Source of the DNA: Podarcis liolepis
Lineage: Eukaryota
Strand: one strand, 5' to 3'
DNA: 64,000 bases
NCBI GenBank assembly: GCA_965112155.1
Contig: OZ218098.1
Shown here piece after piece: positions 52,601 through 61,600 of this stretch; position 1 is the stretch's first letter; each line of letters starts with the position of its first letter. The notes below the pieces were generated by a model, which saw only the letters and a program-made list of their open reading frames with translations, had not been told where the DNA came from and made no database searches. Made by a program: the position numbers and the translations under genes.

Positions 52601-55600
52601 AGCTCCATGTCTTGCAGTGAGGGAATCTTCAGAGCTGGACCCTAGTGTCTAGGCTGGACGATGGAGGTGGAGGTGCTCCTTCAGGGCTATAACCAACACT
52701 TTGAATTGTGCTTGGAAATGTAGTGGGAGCCAGTGTAGCTCCTTTAGCACCAGTGTTATATGGTCCTGGCGGCTGCTCCCAGTCACCAGTCTAGCTGCTG
52801 CCTACTGGATTAGTTGTAGTTTCCGAGTAACCTTCAAAGGTCGCCCCATGTAGAGCACATTGCAGTAGACCAATTGGAAGATAACCAGAGCATATACCAC
52901 CCTGGCAAGATAGTGTGCAGGCAGGTAGGGTTGCAGCTGGCATACCAGATGGAGCTGGCAGACAGATGTTCTGGACACAGAACTAACCTGTGCCTCCATG
53001 TAGGCATGTGAGTCCAAAATGACCCCCAGGCTGGGGAGCAACCTGACCGCTGAATTCTTCTCTAGCTGAAGTTTTCAAACCGTTTTCAGAGGCAGCTGTA
53101 TGTATAATGCATTTCAATAATCTAACGTTGAGGTTACCAGAGCATGGACAACACAAGTTAGACTATCCCTGTCCACATAGGGATGCAGCCGGGCCACCAG
53201 ATGAAGCCGATGGAAGGCACTCCATGCCACCGAGGCCACCTGAGCCTCAAGTGACAGCAAAGAATCCAGTAGTTAGGCTATCCTTTTAAGCTACAATAAC
53301 GAATTTCCAGCCTAATATAACAACCTAGGTTGGAAATTGGTTATGTAGCTTAAAGGATTGGATGTAAGAATTTACATCCTCAAAGAAACTTAAATAAGTT
53401 ATTTAATATGTAACATGGACTTGTTTTCATTTCAGGAACAACAGCAAAAGCTAGTTCTGGAGCATCTTCTTTCTTCAGATAGGAACAGCTTGCTTACTGA
53501 AATACAGGACCTTGAAGCAGAGTTGCGACTGATGCATCTTCAAAGCCAGGAGAAGCTGCAACAGCTCCAAGAAACACTTATAAATACAGAGAATCATCAG
53601 AGTAAACAAGAACATCAACTTCGAAGGCAGGGTAGTACCTTATGGAAGTTTACAAAATGTTACTTAATTTTACCATTCCTTCATTTGACTGAGAAACAGG
53701 ATGCAAGGAGTTATATCTTTAATCTTTATTTTGCAAACACTTTTGTCATGTAATAATAGAATTGTCGAGGTGGAAAGGACCCTAAGGGTTATTTAGTCCA
53801 AGCAACTGCAGTGCAGGAAACACAACAAAAAGATCCATGCCAGATAACCACATAACCTCTGCTTAGAGATCTCTGAGGAAGAAGAGTCCACCACCTCACG
53901 AGGGAGTCTGTTCCATGTTGAGCAGCTCTAACTGCCAGAAAGTTCTTCCTGGTGTTTAGTTGGGCTCTCCTTCCTTGTAACTTGAAGCCATTGGTTCAAG
54001 TCCTACCCTCTGGAGCAGAAGAAAATAAAATTGCTCCATGTGACAGTCCTTGAGATATTTGAAGATGGCTATCATATCTTATCTCAGTTTCCTCTTCCTC
54101 TTCATTGTTGTTAAAATTTATATACCATCCTTCATGTGAAAATCTCAGGGTATTTCACAATATAAAAATACAGAATAGAAGCACAAAATAAATACTTAAT
54201 AACAAAACAATAATACCCGCCCCCGGCAAAAAACCCCACAACATTTTAAAGGCCATAAAATATTAATCAGCCTAAGGCCTGGGAGAAGAAGAATGTTTTT
54301 GCCTGGCGCCTAAAGGTGTATAATGAAGGCGCCAGACAAACCTCCCTGGGGGAGAGCATTCCACAAACGGAGTCACCACAGAAAAGGCCTGTTCTCATGT
54401 TGCCACTTTTTGGACCTCTTGTGGATGAGGCATACAAGGAAGGAGGGCCTCAGAAGATGATCACAGAGTCTGGGTCAGTTTATATGGGGAGAGGCAGTCC
54501 TTGAGGTATTGCGGTCCTGAGCCATTTTAGGCTTTATAGGTCAAAACCAGCACTTTGAATTGTAGCCTGGAAACTAATTGACAGCCAGTGCAGTTGGGCC
54601 AAGATCAGTGTGATGTGCTCAAAGCGGTCTTGCCCCGGTGAGCAACCTGGCCACCAAATTCTGCACTAGCTGAAGCTTCCAAACCATCTTCTGACACAGC
54701 CCTATGTATAATGTGTTTCAGTAATCTAACCTAGAAGTTACCAGAGCATAGACAACAGAAGTTAGGCTGTCTCTGTCCACATAGGAACGTAGTTGGGCCA
54801 CTAGATGAAGCTGATGGAAGGCATTCTGCTCCACTGAGGCCACCTGCTGGTTTTTTATCAGTCAAGAGGGGCAAAGGTCCAGAGTGCAAGTGGTCACCCT
54901 GGCTGATCCCAGCACCTTGTCTGCATCCTCAAGTCTTACTAACTGAAACTCCTCCAACACAACAGGACCAGACAGTGCTCTGGACACCCCATGAGATTCA
55001 TCTGCAATAACATCAGTGTCAAGGTCCCGGTGGATGTAAGCAATTTTATCCTCAAAATGCTTTGCAAACAAGTCACAGTGAGTTATCGTCAGTTCTGCCA
55101 CCTCCTTCTGCCAGACTGTAACAGGCACCACAGTACCCGGAAAAGCTCTGCTGGACAGCACAATGAGGATGCAATGGAGCTGACAAAGGAAGCATTCTTT
55201 GCAGCCTTCACTGCCACTAGGTGGACTCAGTGATGAGCCCTCACCAGTGTGCAATTACCTTCAACCAGATTTTGCTCCACTCGTGTTTGAACCATCTCCC
55301 AGCTTGTTTCCTCGTCCTAAGCTCTGGAGTATACCAGGGTGCCAGAAAGACTCCATAAAGCTGGAGAAGATGTTCAGGATTATTGTGTCAACGGCCTGAG
55401 CCATTTGGTTGTTCCAGAGGTCGGCCAGGGCGTCACCAGGAGTGCCAATCATATCAGCTGGGAAATCCCCCAGAGCCATCTGGAAGCTTACTGGATCCAC
55501 CAGCCTCCTCTGAAGGCAAAGCATCCCAATATGTTCCTTGCCTCTGCAGAGTGGAAAAGGTGCTGAAAGCCTAAATCTCAACAGGAAGTGATTGGACCAT

Positions 55601-58600
55601 GACAAGGGACTGGTGTCAATGTCACCCACTTTCAAATCACCCTCTTCCTGCCCAGTTGAGAAAGCAGGGCCCAGAGTGTGACCTGCAACATGCATTAGGC
55701 TGGTGACATATTGGGACAGCCCCATGGTCATCAAGACAGCCATGAAGTCCTGAGCCACCCCAGAGGCAGTCACCTCAGCATTGTTGTTGCCAGTATGTCC
55801 CACGGCCAGCCACTGGGTCTTAACTGCTGCTGTCTTAGCCACTGCAAATCATCCTCTCCCTGGTCTTGCAACACCACCACTTCTCTGTTCTTCCTGTCCG
55901 TTCTCCCAAGCGTTCTTCCCTGCTGACTCTTGGAGAACTGAGGCTGGGATGAGAGGAGTTCCTGGCACTGCACCTCCTCAGAAAAAAACATGAGGCCTAC
56001 CCACTGCCTTGCTCCTTCCCTGTCTGGATGCAAAGCCTCTTTTTAAAAGGTTTTTTCTTCGTCAGTTAAGTGGTATATAATTTTATGAAATAAACCATAC
56101 ATACCTTTTTTTTATAACAAGCAGCAACAAAGTAATGAGTACAATGGCCATCTGTCTTCCACTCATGAAGAATCAAGTATGGTTACTGGACTGTGACAGT
56201 AAATCCCTCGCTATCAGACACAGTGCATCTGGAGGATGAATTCCCACTCGCCTGTATGTAAGAAGAAAAGGAAGTACCAACAGAATTACCCTGTTTGGTT
56301 TTTTTCCCCATTTTTTGCCTTAAGGGTTTGGTATGCCAGATGTTCTGACAGTGCTATTGTGCATATGCGTGAGAACACTTCAGGGAGTTAGAAGCTTCTC
56401 CAGAGAAGTTTCTACCCTGTATAACCTAAGTCCTATATACATAGTCAGAATTATACCACATTAGAATGCAGAATTACCAGCCATTTGGTTTTCTGTCATT
56501 GGCTTGTCATAGAGCTGTTCCTGTATCTCCCCACTGAAAGATTCTTGCTAAGGGTGTTTTTGAGAAGCTTCTTCAGGAAGACACTGGTAGAATTCTATGC
56601 ATGCTCTAAGTATTCTACATCACTGCTAAGAATGCCCATAAAAGATAAGGCAAGCACTGTTGGTACCTCAGGTCACTTGTTGGAGAACGTTCATACCTGC
56701 TTAACTTCACTAGTAAAAGCATAGGTCAAAGGTTCTTGCTGGGTTTCTGTGAAAAATGAGTTCCACAACTGAAGAAACTGAGAATTTGTCTCTTACACAT
56801 AATGAATAATGATGATGTTGATGATGTCATACAGACTTACACAAATCCTTCATATATTATTATTTCCCTTGGTCAAGTGAAATTTCATACAAGTAAAAAT
56901 CTACATGAGCAGTGCACTGAATCTGGTTTATTGAATTGGCCTTCTAAATTAAATGTGCCTTGGATAGGTGAAATCTGAAAGTAATGAATGGCAGCCTTTT
57001 TATGGCCTAATGTGAAGCAAGTATGGGAAAACAGAAAGTGAAGCAAAGTGTTGCCAACAGGTCCTTTCATCCAGAGATGTCACAATACATACTGCATTTA
57101 TGTGCCTTTAAAAATCCACTTCATTTGTCATTTTTTTAAAGTTATATTGGGGGGGATTACTTTAAGTTATTGGAATGGATTTAATTTTTTTAATTTTGTT
57201 GTAACTTTGTATTTGTTCTCAGTTGAATTACTAGAATACAAACTTCAGCAGGAGAAATCCATTGCAAGTGACTTGCAGGCTTCTCTAAAAAGTGAACAAG
57301 AGAAAGCCTCTGAGATGCATGAACTACTGAAACAGGAACACAGCGCAATATCGAACTTGAAATCAGATCTCTGTGAAAGCAAGCAAACAAATGAGAGGCT
57401 CCAAAAATCCCTACAGGACCTCCAGGAAGACATAGTTAAGTACAGGTAAGGACTTCCAAGGGCAGTTCAGTTTGCGTTTAGAACAATCTACAGCTACAAT
57501 TTCTAAGTAAATGTCTTATTGTGAAGTTCTTCCTGCTCTCAGTTTGTATCATACTGGAGACATTCAGTTAAGTTCTGGGGTGCCTTTGTACCCCAATCCT
57601 CCTGTATTACAAAACAGTCCTCTTCTAACAACTTTTTGCATTTCAGTATTTGCCTAAATACTGTGGTCTAAACCACTGAGCCTCTTGGGCTTGCCGATCG
57701 GAAGGTCGGCAGTTCGAATCCCCGTAACGGGGTAAGCTCCCATTGCTCAGTCCCAGCTCCTGCCAACCTAGCAGTTCAAAAGCACGTCAAAGTCCAAGTA
57801 GGTACCTCTCCGGTGGGAAGGTAAACACGTTTTCGTGTGCTGCTCTGGTTTTGCCAGAAGCGGCTTAGTCATGCTGGCCACATGACCCGGAAAAACTGTT
57901 TGTGGACAAACATCGGCTCCCTTGGCCAGTAAAGCAAGATGAGCACTACAACCCCAGAGTCGTTCGCGACTCGACTTAACTGTCAGGGGTTCTTTACCTT
58001 TACCGTTTACCTAACCACTACCTCTAGTTGTGATTTTTAATGATAGATTTTACTATACAATCAAAGAGCAACATAATTGTTGTCACAAATTTCTTATTCC
58101 AGTTCCCCTTTCCACATGTCCCTGGGGTTTCAACTGCAGAGTCCCTTCCTGATTTTTGTTTCTAGGACTCTAGTATAGGAAGTGTTTCAGCTTGAGAATT
58201 CACTGTTTATACCAACCTGTGCTGAAACGTTAAAAGTTAAGAAGTGTTGTTCCTGACATAATAAAAAGCACTATGCGAAGTATTTTATTCATTCATTTAT
58301 TCATATTCCCACAAAAAAGCCTGCCCAAAGAGGCTCACAACAAAGAAACAGATGCATTGCAAACAATTTCATAATGATGAGCAAAACCAAAATATAATAA
58401 CATACAGAACACCACATTTGAATACTATAAATATAATAAGATTACTTGAACAACATGCAGCATCTAATAGCAAAAATAACAAGGGAGCGTCACAGCTTCA
58501 CCTTAGTCCTAGAAACCCCCCTCCCATGATACTTGATTGTTACTTCTTCTTGCTCAGTTACTAAAGACATTGGGTTGTGTCCAGGGGTTCATTTTACCTG

Positions 58601-61600
58601 GAGCAGATCCATTGAAAAAATGAGTGTGGTTAACCTTAGGTCTATTGATTTTAGTGGATTATTCTGATTAGAACTAAGTTGGATATAGCTGCATGTCTGC
58701 TAAAAAAACAGAAAGATGCAAGTTAGCAGTTTTTTTAAAAAAATAATACGTAGAACTTTTGTATGTTGCAGTTCTGCACTGGAAAATAAGGAGAAAAATA
58801 TGACAGCTGTTCTTCAAGACTTCCAAAATGAACAAGTTAAAGAAAAAGAACTACAGCACATGTTAGATGAACAACAACATCAGCACAAGTTAAAAGAGGA
58901 AGAGAAGTCAAAAGCAATAGAGGTAAATTCTTGTGGGGAAATTATAACCATTTTTGCTACTCAAGCTTATGTATTCTGTTTTACCATGCCTCTAAATCCT
59001 GCTTTCAGGAAACCATAAGTAAGATTTTATTTAATTTTTAAAAAATGCAGCAGGTAAGGCCTTTTAATAAGTGAATGTATTCTACATCAGGGGTGGGAAC
59101 TTTTTGCTTCCAGGATTGACCTCACAAGTCAAATATGACAGGTGGGCAATCCCAGACACCTGTCATTCATAGGTCATACTGATTTGCATGTCTCAGCCCT
59201 CCGCCTTTAAACTCCAGTGTTGGAGGTTGAAAAAGGGGGGGCAGGGATCTTTGCAAAGGGTTTAAGATAGCCTCCAGAGGAATGTCTTAAAGCCCTTTGG
59301 AAAAGTGGTCTTTGAAGCAGCTTTCCCCCCGCTTCTGCTTAAACTTCGGGCTGAGTAAAGGAGTTCCTTCCCCCCTGCCTGATCACTCAGATGTTTAAAG
59401 GAGAAGACTGTTTTTGCAAAGGACTTGCCCTTTGATGCAGCTCTGCTTCTCCTTTAAGTAAGGCAGCAGCGAGAGTCCTTCACCTCACCTGCTTGAAGGA
59501 AAAGTACACAGGGGGGCAGAATTAAACCTTGTCCTTCCACTGCCTCACCAGTAACATTGGTTGATAAGTGGGTGGCAGTCATGGCTAGTAACATTTTAAC
59601 TTTGTAGAGCTGCAAGGGGGGGGCTGAAATTTTTAATTTTGCTGTTTTATCATAATAGGACTTGTACGAAACCTTTTTGTGTGTGTGTGCCACAGTGAAT
59701 GTGCAGAGAGTGCCATTGTCTCTACACACACACACAATTCCACCCCCCCTCTGCACTTGTATGGATAGGGAAAGAGCTTCTGTGTAAGAGGGCCCATGTA
59801 TGATTTTCAAACAAGATTGACCACATACCTCTTACTTGGAAAGTAAGCCATACCACACAACGTAAGTTTTTGAATGAGGGTATTGATTATACCTACATAC
59901 CTATTGCCAAAAAACTGAACAAACACACAAAAATGTTTCAAATGTGAAGAAAACTTGCTTCCAATTGCATGCAGTTTTCCTCTCCCAAAATACCAATTTA
60001 ACTTTTAATAATCCAAAACATATTTTTCTCTAAATTAAAAGTATTCCAACTGATCGACAACAAATGATGGCCAGGGCACAACAGAACATGCATATTTGCA
60101 GTGCATGGCTCATTCCTGAAAATGTGAGGTACCATTCTATTTTGCGAATGCCAACAGATAATTAATGCCAAGAAGAATTGTCCATGATTCACAGCCTGGT
60201 CCTGGAGTTGATATATACACATTATTTAAAAGGTTATGGGTGACCTGCTGAGTTTGAGGCATCAAGCTCCACCCTAGACAAATATGTGAATTGTCGCTGG
60301 TCAGATTACCAATAATTTAGTTAGAATTAGCAAGTTGTGGGCTTCTGGATCAGAATCTGCTTTTTAATTTTAATTTACAAACTGGAATTCCTCTCAGACA
60401 TTGAAAGTCCTGTGTAATTGTAGTGAATTTTCCCTTCTTCTGTACAGGAGTTGCAAGCTGCCTTGGAACTACAGTGCATTCAGAACAACCAACTGTCTGT
60501 GGCTTTAGAGCATGAACAGTCAGCAAACAGTAATCTCCGTAAAGAACTTGAGATTGAACATTCTCGCTGTGAAGCTTTATTGTCCCAATATAAAAATAAA
60601 CTCGTGGAACTGCAGAAAAGTGAAGATGTTGAAAAGAATCGCAGTTTGGAACTTTTAAGTGCTTTGAAACATGAACGTATTTTGACAGAACAGCTGAGCA
60701 TGAGAATAAATGAATGCGGGTCTTGTAAGCATAACGATTCATTGCAGGAACTGAAAGCTCAGTTGTACAAAGAGAGGTCCCATGCCAGAAATCTTTTAGC
60801 CATAATTGAGAAGACGCGGCAGCAAGTACTTGATTCAAAGAAGCAAATGGGTGAAATGCAGATGCCCTCTGAACAGCCTCCGAAAGAACAAGAGCTCCAC
60901 ACCACTTTACAGGCCGCACAGGCTGCTCTGCAAAGTCAAAAAGAGGACATTACCCATGCCTTGAAGATACAGACAGAGAAAGATATACAAATGAGAAAGA
61001 AATGGGATCAGTTGCAGTCCATTCTCAGATTGCTGAGGGAGCAGGAAAGAGGGGCAGAACAAAGAAGAAGAGAAATAAAGCAGGAACAACAAACAGAATT
61101 TGGCAAACTGCAGGAACTACAGAAAGCTGGAGAAAGTCTGGTAAGAACATGTGGTTTCTTTTTACTTTTTTCAGCCCTGGCTTGAAAAAGTTCAGAGGCC
61201 TTTTTACCTATTTATAGCCATGGATTTGTTACCTCAATAATCTGCCCTATAATACAATAAAAACATCACCACAAAGATTATTTTTTATTTTTTTTACCAG
61301 TATGCTTTCCTAATTTGGATTATTCACATTGGGTGTTTGTGGAGAAAGTTGCACCTTACTCAGCTTTGCATATCAATAATATGCTTTTCAACATCTACAT
61401 GCGGCCGCTGGGAGAGATCATCAGGAGGTTTGGGCTGGGTGTTCATCAGTATGCGGATGATACCCAGCTCTACCTCTCTTTTAAATCAGAACCAGTGAAG
61501 GCGGTGAAGGTCCTGTGTGAGTGTCTGGAGGCGGTTGGAGGATGGATGGCGGCTAACAGATTGAGGTTGAATCCTGACAAGACAGAAGTACTGTTCTTGG